Shown here piece after piece: positions 56,496 to 64,000 of a DNA stretch of 64,000 bases. The position numbers and the translations under genes are program-made. The stretch is from Deltaproteobacteria bacterium (GTDB taxonomy: Bacteria > Myxococcota > Kuafuiibacteriia > Kuafuiibacteriales > Kuafuiibacteriaceae). The stretch spans positions 128,001 to 192,000 of the forward strand of contig JAVJQW010000061.1 of assembly GCA_040218735.1 (NCBI GenBank), read 5' to 3'. The notes under the pieces are model-generated. The model was not told where the DNA came from. It ran no database searches and was given only the letters and a program-made list of their open reading frames with translations. Numbering within the stretch: position 1 is the stretch's first letter; each line of letters starts with the position of its first letter.

Positions 56496-57188
56496 GTGCG
56501 CCGCGCCGTGCTGTTCGTGTTCCTCCTCGCCGGCTGCGATCTGTCCGCCGGGCCCAACGACGGCGACGCCTGCACCAACGACGGCGACTGCGACAGCGAG
56601 CTCTGCCACGCGGGGACGTGCGGCGGGAGCCTGTGCCTCTGCCGCGTCGACAGCCTGATCTCCGGGTGCGTCGAGACCGAGCCGCGCACCGACCCCGACG
56701 ACTGCGTCGACGGCTGGCACTGCGACCCGGGCGGCTCCGCAGGCCGATGCAAGCTACCTTGCGGCGACTGCCCGAAGCTGTGGGTGTGCGACGAAGACGA
56801 GGGCTACTGCAAGTACGACCTCGGCGCGCTCCCTCCGCCGACCGTCACCATCTCCCCGACCGACATCGAGGAGCTGGTCCCCGACGAAGCCGTCACGCTC
56901 CGCGCCGTCGCGAGCAGCGACAACGGCGCGATCGTCCGCACCGAGTGGGACCTCGGTGACGGGACCAGCGCGAGCGGGGACACCGTGACCCACGCCTACG
57001 CCAGCCCGGGCTCGAAGGAGGTCGTGTTGCTCGTGGAGGACGCGGCCGGCCGCACCGCCTCCGAACGCAGACGCATCGAAGTGTGCAGAGGCCCCGGCGC
57101 CGCATGCCAGCGGGTGGGCTGGGGCGACCTGTGTTGTGCCGGCGAACGCTGCGTCGACGGGCCTGGCGGCCCCGCCTGCGCCCCCTGA
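56496..57188 (+). CDS. Cys-rich lipoprotein with PKD domain
   Basis: LLAGC lipobox; WDLGDG...THAYASPG PKD motif. Confidence 0.85.
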   Translation: MRRAVLFVFLLAGCDLSAGPNDGDACTNDGDCDSELCHAGTCGGSLCLCRVDSLISGCVETEPRTDPDDCVDGWHCDPGGSAGRCKLPCGDCPKLWVCDEDEGYCKYDLGALPPPTVTISPTDIEELVPDEAVTLRAVASSDNGAIVRTEWDLGDGTSASGDTVTHAYASPGSKEVVLLVEDAAGRTASERRRIEVCRGPGAACQRVGWGDLCCAGERCVDGPGGPACAP

Positions 57189-57240
57189 GCACCGAAGCGG
57201 ATCGCCGCCAGCGTGAAAAAGTGCTGAACTCCCGGCTTCG

Positions 57241-58458
57241 ATGGACGTCGGGATCGTGGGGTGTGGATTCGCGGGCGGGGCCGCCGCGCTCTTCCTCGCG
57301 CGCGCCGGGCACGACGTCACCGTCTACGAGGCGGTCGAGGAACCCGCTGCGGTCGGCGCGGGGATCGTCGTGCAGCCGACCGGGCTCGTCGTCCTGGATC
57401 GGCTCGGCCTGTACGACGCCGCCATCGAGCGCGGCGCGCCGATCGATCACCTGCTCTGCATGAAGGGCCGCACCGACGTGCTGCTCGACCTGCACTACAA
57501 AGACGTCGCCCCCGGCTTGTTCGGGCTCGGCATGCACCGCGGCTCGCTCTTCGAGATCCTCTACGGCGCGATTCGACGCGAAGGGATCGACGTCAAGACA
57601 GGTTGCACCATCGAGACCGCGCGTCGCGAAGGTGACAAAACCGTGCTCGTCGCCGACGGCGCCGACGTCGCCGCACACGACCTCGTCGTCGCCGCCAACG
57701 GCGCACGCTCCAACCTCCACCACCTCATCGGCCCGCGCGTCCGCGAGTACCCGTGGGGCGCGCTGTGGTTCGTCGCGGACGATCCGAACGAGACCTACGG
57801 CCGCACGCTCTTCCAAGTGGTCCGCGGCACGCGCCAGCTCCTCGGCTTCCTCCCCAGCGGCCTCTCACCCGGCGGCGGCGGACACGTCGTGAGTGTGTTC
57901 TGGAGTGTGCCGTGCGACGGCGTCGACGCGTGGCGCTCCGGCTACGAAGGCTGGCGCGAGCACCTGCTGTCCGAGGACCCGCGCTGCGCGTTCATCCTCG
58001 ACCAGATCCACGGCCCCGACGACCTCCTCTTCTCGCGTTACCACGACGTCGTCATGTTCCCGTGGCACACCGAGGGCGTCGTGTTCATCGGCGACGCCGC
58101 CCACGCCACGAGCCCGCAGCTCGGCCAGGGCACGAACCTCGCCCTCGTCGACGCCCTCACCCTCGCCGTGATCCTCGCCGAGGAGGGCACCCTCGAAGCG
58201 CGCCTGTGGCGCTACGCCAAACGCCGCCGCGCGCACCTCGCCTACTACCAGCTCGCGTCGCGCTGGCTCACGCCGTTGTTCCAGTCGAGCTACGACTGGA
58301 TCGCCCCCCTGCGCGACTTCGCGATGCCCCTCGCCGCCAAGCTCCCCCCGATCCGCGACGCCATGACCCGCTCGATGGTCGGCGTGAAACGCGGGGTGCT
58401 TCGACCTTCGCTCCCGATCGCTCCGTACGTACAACTGCTCGCCGGCGCCGAGGGGTGA
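57241..58458 (+). CDS. FAD-dependent monooxygenase (UbiH/salicylate hydroxylase-like)
   Basis: GCGFAG, ANGARS and GDAAHATSPQLGQG motifs. Confidence 0.92.
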   Translation: MDVGIVGCGFAGGAAALFLARAGHDVTVYEAVEEPAAVGAGIVVQPTGLVVLDRLGLYDAAIERGAPIDHLLCMKGRTDVLLDLHYKDVAPGLFGLGMHRGSLFEILYGAIRREGIDVKTGCTIETARREGDKTVLVADGADVAAHDLVVAANGARSNLHHLIGPRVREYPWGALWFVADDPNETYGRTLFQVVRGTRQLLGFLPSGLSPGGGGHVVSVFWSVPCDGVDAWRSGYEGWREHLLSEDPRCAFILDQIHGPDDLLFSRYHDVVMFPWHTEGVVFIGDAAHATSPQLGQGTNLALVDALTLAVILAEEGTLEARLWRYAKRRRAHLAYYQLASRWLTPLFQSSYDWIAPLRDFAMPLAAKLPPIRDAMTRSMVGVKRGVLRPSLPIAPYVQLLAGAEG

Positions 58459-58556
58459 AGCGGTCCGCACTTCCTCCCGGTCGTCCGTGACGCGCCCCGC
58501 CAACGCGCGCCGTCCCGTGTTGTGTAGCGCCGGTGAATGCGACTAGCGTCGGCGTC

Positions 58557-60326
58557 GTGAACGTCGCGCTCCCGATGATCTTCGCGCTCGTCGCGCTGGT
58601 GCTCGGCTACGTGCTGTACGGTCGCCGCGTCGCCCGTTGGCTCGGGGTCGACCCGAGCCGAACGACGCCGGCCGTCGAGAAGAACGACGGCGTCGACTTC
58701 GTCCCCGCCCGGCCGTTTGTCTTGTTCGGTCACCACTACGCGTCGATCGCGGCCGCCGGACCGATCGTCGGGCCGACGGTCGCGCTCGCGTACGGCTACG
58801 TGCCGACGTGGAGCTGGATCCTCCTCGGCGTCGTCTTCATCGGCGCGATGCACGACATGACCGCGCTGTTCCTCAGCGTTCGCGCGGGCGGCAAATCGAT
58901 CGCCGAAGTCACGCGCGGCGTGATGGGCACGACCGGCTACGTGCTGTTCCTCGCGTTCGCGGTGATCCTCTGCGTGCTCGTCGGCGCAGCGTTCCTCGAC
59001 CTGGTCGCGGTCGCGCTGACCTCGACGTACCCGCTCACCGCGCTCGGCCTCGAACCCTCGCAGACGCTGCTCGCCACCGTCGACAAGGGCGGCGTCCCGC
59101 ACGGCGTCATAGGCGGCGTCGCGAGCACATCGGTGATCGTAATGACCGCGGCGGCGCCCGGGCTCGGCTGGTTGATCTACCGGCGCGGCGCTTCGCTGAC
59201 CGTCGCGCTGATCGTGTCCGCGGTGATTTGCGTGGCGTCGGTCGTCGTCGGGCTGACGTTGCCGCTCTCGATCGATCCGCAGGTCTGGGTCTGGGTCGTC
59301 GCGGCGTACTGCCTCGTCGCCGGCTTCATCCCGGTGTGGCTGATCATCCAGCCGCGCGACTTCACGAACGTGCAGTTCCTCTACCTCGGCATCATCGCGA
59401 TGGTCGCCGGGGTGATCGCGTGTGGCATCGGCGGGGTCACGATCGACGCGCCCGCGTTTGCGCCCGCGGACTCTGCGGCGACCGCGGCGCTCGGATCGAT
59501 CTGGCCGGTGTTGTTCGTGACCGTGGCGTGCGGTTCGATCTCCGGCGCGCACGCGCTGGTCGCGAGCGGGACGACCGCGAAGCAGGTCGCGGACGAACGG
59601 CACATCCTCCCGATCGGCTACGGCGGGATGCTCGGCGAGGCGCTCCTCGGCGTGTGTGTCACGCTGGTGATCCTCGCGGGGCTCGGGCACGCCGGGTACC
59701 AGGAGATCGTGTGGCCGGTCGACGAACACGGCCACCTCGGCAAGGGCAACGCGGCGCTCGCGTTCGCGGCGGCGATCGGCGGCTCACTCGACAAGGGCTT
59801 CGGCCTGCCGACGGTCTACGGGACGCTGTTCGGGATCCTGCTGCTCGAGGGGTTCCTGGTCACGACGACCGACACCATCGTGCGCCTCACGCGCCACCTG
59901 TTCGAGGAGCTGTGGAACGTGCTCTTCGCGGGCGCGCCTCCGGCGGCGTTGAAGAACCGGGTGCTGAACACCGGCATCCCGTTGGCGATGATCATCCTGC
60001 TCGTGCTCGACGGGGACTGGAAGAGTGTGTGGCCGGTGTTCGGCACGGCGAACCAGCTGCTCGCGGCGCTGACGCTGGTGACCGCGACCGCGTGGCTGAT
60101 GGCGCACAAGCGGCGGTACCTGTTCACCGCGCTCCCGGCGGCGTTCATGGTGATCACGACGGTCGCGTCGCTCGAGCAGTTGATCGGCAAACACTACGGA
60201 AAGCAGGAGTGGCTGCTGCTGTCGGTGGACATCGTGCTCGCGACGCTCGCGGTCGTGGTGGTCGCGCTCGCGGTGCGGCGGATCATCGCGGGCGCGGGGG
60301 CTCGAGAGCCTGTGGAAAGTGCGTAG
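58557..60326 (+). CDS. cstA: Carbon starvation protein A family transporter
   Basis: TPA...DGVDFVP, FGHHYASIAAAGPIVGP, VACGSISGAH, IGYGGMLGE and WPVFGTANQLLA; start could also be 58533. Confidence 0.92.
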   Translation: MNVALPMIFALVALVLGYVLYGRRVARWLGVDPSRTTPAVEKNDGVDFVPARPFVLFGHHYASIAAAGPIVGPTVALAYGYVPTWSWILLGVVFIGAMHDMTALFLSVRAGGKSIAEVTRGVMGTTGYVLFLAFAVILCVLVGAAFLDLVAVALTSTYPLTALGLEPSQTLLATVDKGGVPHGVIGGVASTSVIVMTAAAPGLGWLIYRRGASLTVALIVSAVICVASVVVGLTLPLSIDPQVWVWVVAAYCLVAGFIPVWLIIQPRDFTNVQFLYLGIIAMVAGVIACGIGGVTIDAPAFAPADSAATAALGSIWPVLFVTVACGSISGAHALVASGTTAKQVADERHILPIGYGGMLGEALLGVCVTLVILAGLGHAGYQEIVWPVDEHGHLGKGNAALAFAAAIGGSLDKGFGLPTVYGTLFGILLLEGFLVTTTDTIVRLTRHLFEELWNVLFAGAPPAALKNRVLNTGIPLAMIILLVLDGDWKSVWPVFGTANQLLAALTLVTATAWLMAHKRRYLFTALPAAFMVITTVASLEQLIGKHYGKQEWLLLSVDIVLATLAVVVVALAVRRIIAGAGAREPVESA

Positions 60327-61317
60327 GCTCCTTCAACTCCTCGGGGTGCTCGCGCTGGTCGCGGGCGCGGCGGCGGTCGGCTACTACGCGCGCCCTCCGG
60401 TGCCCGCGGCGCCGCCGACGTACGACGACGCGTCGGACGCCGTGCACGCGGCGCCGCGCGATCCGGAGGCGTGGATCGCGCTGGGCGACGCGCAGTCGAA
60501 CCTCGACGAGATCGCGGCGGCCGAGCACGCGTACCGGACGGCGCTGCGGTTGGACCCGAACCACGCCGACGCCTACGCGCGGCTGGGCTTCCTGCTGTTC
60601 GGACAGGGCGAGGACGCGGAGGCGCGCCGGCTGCTCGCGGAGGCGAAGCGGCGCGGGGCGGCGGCGCCGATGTTGGACTCGGCGCTGGCGCAGCTGACGG
60701 AGCGGCCAGCGGAGGCGGAGTGGGCACCGCCAGCGGAGGTCGAGGCGGCGCCGACGGCCGGGGGTGAGGCGCTGGATGCGGGGGTGACGCTGGATGCTTC
60801 GACTTACGCGGAGTCGCCGGAGGCGGGATCGGATTCGGGACCGGGACCGGAACCGGGACCGGGACCGGGACCGGGAGAGGAATCGGGACCCGGACCGGAA
60901 CCGGGACCGGGACCGGGGGAGGCGCTCGGACCGTGCGACATCGCGCTCACGCGGCTCCCCAACAGCCGGGCGCTCGGGATCGACGTCACCGTCGGCGGCG
61001 TCGAGTCGCGCCTCCTCTTCGACACTGGCGCCACGATGACCGTGGTGACCACGGAGATCGCGAACCTCATGCGCCTGCAGCGCGACCCGAGCCGCCGCAT
61101 CGTCGCGCGCACGGCGAACGGGCGGGTCGTCATGGAGAGCGGCGTCGTGGACTTCGTGCACCTCGCCGGCCGCGACGTCGCCGGCACCCGCGTCGCGGTC
61201 TGCGAGGACTGCACCCAGGGCGTCGCCGACGGCCTCTTCGGCCTCGACCTCGTCGCCGCCTTCGGCCTCACCGTCGACCCGACGCGCCGCGTCGCGACCT
61301 TCGACGATTGCCGGTAA
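60319..61317 (+). CDS. TPR-containing retropepsin-like (clan AA) aspartic protease
   Basis: N-terminal TM, TPR (DPEAWIALG, LDPNHADAYARLG), LLFDTGAT, TANG and GLFGLD motifs. Confidence 0.88.
   Translation: MRRLLQLLGVLALVAGAAAVGYYARPPVPAAPPTYDDASDAVHAAPRDPEAWIALGDAQSNLDEIAAAEHAYRTALRLDPNHADAYARLGFLLFGQGEDAEARRLLAEAKRRGAAAPMLDSALAQLTERPAEAEWAPPAEVEAAPTAGGEALDAGVTLDASTYAESPEAGSDSGPGPEPGPGPGPGEESGPGPEPGPGPGEALGPCDIALTRLPNSRALGIDVTVGGVESRLLFDTGATMTVVTTEIANLMRLQRDPSRRIVARTANGRVVMESGVVDFVHLAGRDVAGTRVAVCEDCTQGVADGLFGLDLVAAFGLTVDPTRRVATFDDCR
60838..60918 (+). repeat. Coding (GGACCG)n hexamer repeat, Gly-Pro linker
   Basis: Encodes GPGPEPGPGPGPGEESGPGPEPGPGPG. Confidence 0.85.
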
Positions 61318-61410
61318 CCTCGCGCACCCCGCCGCGTAGTGAACCCCGAGTCCCTCGCGGGAGAGCGATTGTGCCGCCTGCCCGACCGGTTCGACCGCGG
61401 GGTGACTCGT

Positions 61411-61888
61411 ACTACACCGTTATCGGCCGGCAAGCCGGTCCTGCGGTGTCTACGCCCGCTGACGCGGGCTGCGCGCTACGCTTCGCTCCGCTTGCATTGC
61501 ACGGTTATCGGCCGGCAAGCCGGTCCTGCGGTGTCTTCGCTCGGCTACGCCTCGCTGCGCGTTCCGCTTCGCTCCGCTTGCATTACATCGTTATCGGCCG
61601 GCAAGCCGGTCCTGCGATGTCTACGCCCGCTGACGCGGGCTGCGCGCTACGCTTCGCTCCGCTTGCACGGACTACATCGTTATCGGCCGGCAAGCCGGTC
61701 CTGCGATGTCTACGTCCGCTGACGCGGGCTGCGCGCTACGCTTCGCTCCGCTTGCACGGACTACATCGTTATCGGCCGGCAAGCCGGTCCTGCGATGTCT
61801 CCGCTCGGCTTCGCCGCGCTGCGCGCTACGCTTCGCTCCGCTTGCATTGCGCGGTTATCGGCCGGCAAGCCGGTCCTGCCGCGCCTAC
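61411..61888. repeat. Intergenic tandem array of six palindromic (REP-like) units, period 85-89 bp
   Basis: Invariant core TTATCGGCCGGCAAGCCGGTCCTG starts at 61420, 61505, 61591, 61680, 61769 and 61855; the linkers are also homologous to each other. Confidence 0.93.
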
Positions 61889-62346
61889 GGGACGGTCCGC
61901 GCCTTCTTCAGGGTGCGCGTGTAGGCCTTCGCTTCGAAGCGGAACGGGCCCACGCCCTCGATGCGGTGCGGGGGCTCGTAGCCGTTCTCGTAGGCGAAGT
62001 CGACCCAGTAGAAGTGCTGGCCGTCCGTGTAGATGCGGGCGCCGATTGCGCCGCAGGCGAGGTCGGCGCACTGGGCGCAGACGTACAGGAGAGTGCGGCC
62101 GCCGCGGTCTTCGGACTGGGTGGCCAGCGCTCGGCTGCGATCCCACTTCGCGCCCTTCAGGAGCTGGCGGTGCGCCGTGGTGGCGGTGCCCTCGTCGCCG
62201 TCGGCGAAGACGGACACCAGGTCGTTCGCGTCGACGCGCTTGGCGAGGGAGACGCCGTCCACGACGAAGTCGTGCCAGCGTCGCGGGGGCGCGCCGGGGC
62301 CGTCGGGGCGCTGCGCGAGGGACGTCGAGAGCTCGCTCGTCTTCAT
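61885..62346 (-). CDS. Hypothetical protein with CxxCxDxxC motif
   Basis: DFVVDG, LLYVCAQCADLACGAI and GPFRF motifs; stop TAG at 61885-61887. Confidence 0.75.
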   Translation of the reverse strand: MKTSELSTSLAQRPDGPGAPPRRWHDFVVDGVSLAKRVDANDLVSVFADGDEGTATTAHRQLLKGAKWDRSRALATQSEDRGGRTLLYVCAQCADLACGAIGARIYTDGQHFYWVDFAYENGYEPPHRIEGVGPFRFEAKAYTRTLKKARTVP

Positions 62347-62363
62347 CCGTTCAACCTAGGCAC

Positions 62364-64000
62364 TCAATACCGAAGGTCGAGCTCGATCCGACCGCCCTCG
62401 AAGCCCGGGAAGAAGCGGCACACGCCGCCCGTGCACTTCAGGCCCGCGCGCTCGCCGCCGACCAGCGCGCGCACCAGGCCGCGCTCCGAGAACTGCCAGT
62501 TGCCCGCGACCGAGAAGTAGTGCTCGCGGAACAGCCCCGGCGTGCGCGTGTAGAACTCGTACGCGAGCGTCGCGCCCCAGGTGCGGCCCGCCTTGAAGGA
62601 CGCCGCGACGCGGCCCTCGTACCAGTCCTCGTTGTCCTGCCTCGCCTTCAAGACGTTCACGTACAGCTCCGCCGCGTTGTCGCCCCACAGGTGCTGCTCG
62701 GCGTCGGCGAACAGGTGGATGTCCACGCGCTCGAGCCCGCCGAACTGGCCGCGGTAACCCGCGTTGCCCGTCGCCGTGCCGCCCTCCCAGCGGAACGTCC
62801 CGCCGCCGTACACCGCCGTGGCGTCGGTCGCGGCGCTGCCGTCCCCCGCGACCCGCACCGCCGTCTCGTCGTGGTAGCGCCCCGCCGCGATGAACGGGAC
62901 GATCTTGTCGGTCACTCGGTAGTCCACGCGCACACGGCCGCCCGTCACGGTCTGGTTCGTGAGCAAGATGAGTTGCGGACGCTCCGCGGTCGGCTGCGCG
63001 ATGTACAGGTTGATGATCTGTCGCGAGTTGATCGTCGGGCTGTCGCTCTGCGCGACGAGGTCGGGGACGATCAGCGGCAAGTTGTCGTAGTGTTTGCCTT
63101 CGAACAGCACGGTGATCGGGCCCGCGAAGACGTTCGCCGACATATACGCGGCGAACGTATCCGTCGTGTCGACCGGCTGCCCCGGGTCCTTGATGTCACG
63201 CTCCATGAACACCGCCTCGGCGTACAGCTTCGCCCACTTCACCGGGCGCGGTAGCTCGACCGTCGCACCGACGCCGCGGATCTCCGCCTGCCGCGGTCGA
63301 TCGTCCTGGTTGCGCATCAAGACACCGTGCCCGCCGATCTTGAGGTACTTGCCGAAGCCGTACTCCGCCCGACCTCCGACGATCAGATCGTTGCCGTTGT
63401 CGTAGTTGAAGCCCTGGCCCTGCTCGAAGTTCCTCAGGTTCACGAACCCACCGAACGCGTTGAGCGAGAGGTCGCCGAGCCGCACCTTTCCGTTCGCGCC
63501 GCGGAGCTTGTTGTCGACGCCGACGTCACCGACCTTGCGGATCGCGAGGAGCAGCCCGCGCCCGAGCGTGATGTAGAAGTCGCCGAGCGTCAGGTCGACG
63601 TTCCGGTCCGAGTACGACGCGGAGATGTAGTCGAGGTTGTAGACGTTGTTGTAGCGCTGCTCGAGGTTCTCCGCGATGCGCGGCACCGCGTCCGGATGCG
63701 CGACCGGTTCGTTGAAGAACAGCGCCGTGTCGAAGCGCATCGCGACCTGCATCGGCCCGTAGCCGACCTCCCCGCCGATCGTCGTGACCAGATCGTAGAA
63801 GTTCTCGCCGGTCGGGTCGTACCGGGTGTCGAGCTCGAGGACGCCGGTGTTCGGGTTGATCGCGGTGAGCTGCGTGCGGTCACCGTTGTCGTACTGGTAA
63901 CGCGCCGTCGACAGCAGCAGAAAACCCGTCCGCCACGGCGACGGCTCCTCGAAGCTGGTTTCGATCGGCGTCGTCGAGAACAGCGTCGGCGCGGCCGAAG
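62364..64000 (-). CDS. Outer-membrane beta-barrel protein (DUF6029-like); 5' end beyond the window
   Basis: The frame stays open to the window edge (SAAPTLFSTT...); GDFYITLGRGLLL; C-terminal GGERAGLKCTGGVCRFFPGFEGGRIELDLRY. Confidence 0.8.
   Translation of the reverse strand, partial: SAAPTLFSTTPIETSFEEPSPWRTGFLLLSTARYQYDNGDRTQLTAINPNTGVLELDTRYDPTGENFYDLVTTIGGEVGYGPMQVAMRFDTALFFNEPVAHPDAVPRIAENLEQRYNNVYNLDYISASYSDRNVDLTLGDFYITLGRGLLLAIRKVGDVGVDNKLRGANGKVRLGDLSLNAFGGFVNLRNFEQGQGFNYDNGNDLIVGGRAEYGFGKYLKIGGHGVLMRNQDDRPRQAEIRGVGATVELPRPVKWAKLYAEAVFMERDIKDPGQPVDTTDTFAAYMSANVFAGPITVLFEGKHYDNLPLIVPDLVAQSDSPTINSRQIINLYIAQPTAERPQLILLTNQTVTGGRVRVDYRVTDKIVPFIAAGRYHDETAVRVAGDGSAATDATAVYGGGTFRWEGGTATGNAGYRGQFGGLERVDIHLFADAEQHLWGDNAAELYVNVLKARQDNEDWYEGRVAASFKAGRTWGATLAYEFYTRTPGLFREHYFSVAGNWQFSERGLVRALVGGERAGLKCTGGVCRFFPGFEGGRIELDLRY

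Noticed and set aside
60794-61039. RD/RS dipeptide-repeat ORFs
   Set aside because: Alternate-frame readings of the (GGACCG)n Gly-Pro linker in the aspartic protease.
61420-61878. Tandem hammerhead ribozyme interpretation of the array core
   Set aside because: Neither strand has the CUGANGA/GAAA core; other ribozyme classes would need an Rfam search.
61411-61888. CRISPR array interpretation
   Set aside because: The inter-core segments (61-65 bp) are near-identical to each other rather than unique spacers, and no cas genes are in the window.
61339-61924. ORFs 61339..61722 and 61706..61924 with repeated LSAGKPVLRCLR
   Set aside because: They are translations of the repeat array; unit lengths of 85, 86 and 89 bp do not preserve frame.

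Overview
A 64-kb, very GC-rich bacterial window with a Myxococcota-like gene inventory: Ser/Thr kinases, Cys-rich lipoproteins, a MYXO-CTERM protein, a RedB-like gene and ECF sigma factors. It holds about 50 closely packed CDSs and one tRNA-Phe(GAA). I see no rRNA, integrase, transposase or cas gene. Many long ORFs in the supplied track are antisense or alternate-frame shadows, so I re-called many starts. The most notable items are: (1) a six-unit structured tandem array at 61411-61888 with an invariant core, co-varying stems and GTAG tags; (2) an unannotated 38-aa peptide ending in CCPFC that heads an ECF sigma / Cys-rich membrane protein operon; (3) a caspase / beta-propeller lipoprotein / ECF / anti-sigma cluster with an in-frame TAA; (4) a 1070-aa four-repeat lipoprotein behind a sigma54-like promoter; (5) a CmlA-like MBL-fold enzyme with no NRPS nearby; (6) a pseudokinase with PQWGQ repeats; (7) an operator-like 11-bp-phased motif over an ECF start. 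All family assignments come from motif recognition by eye, not database searches.
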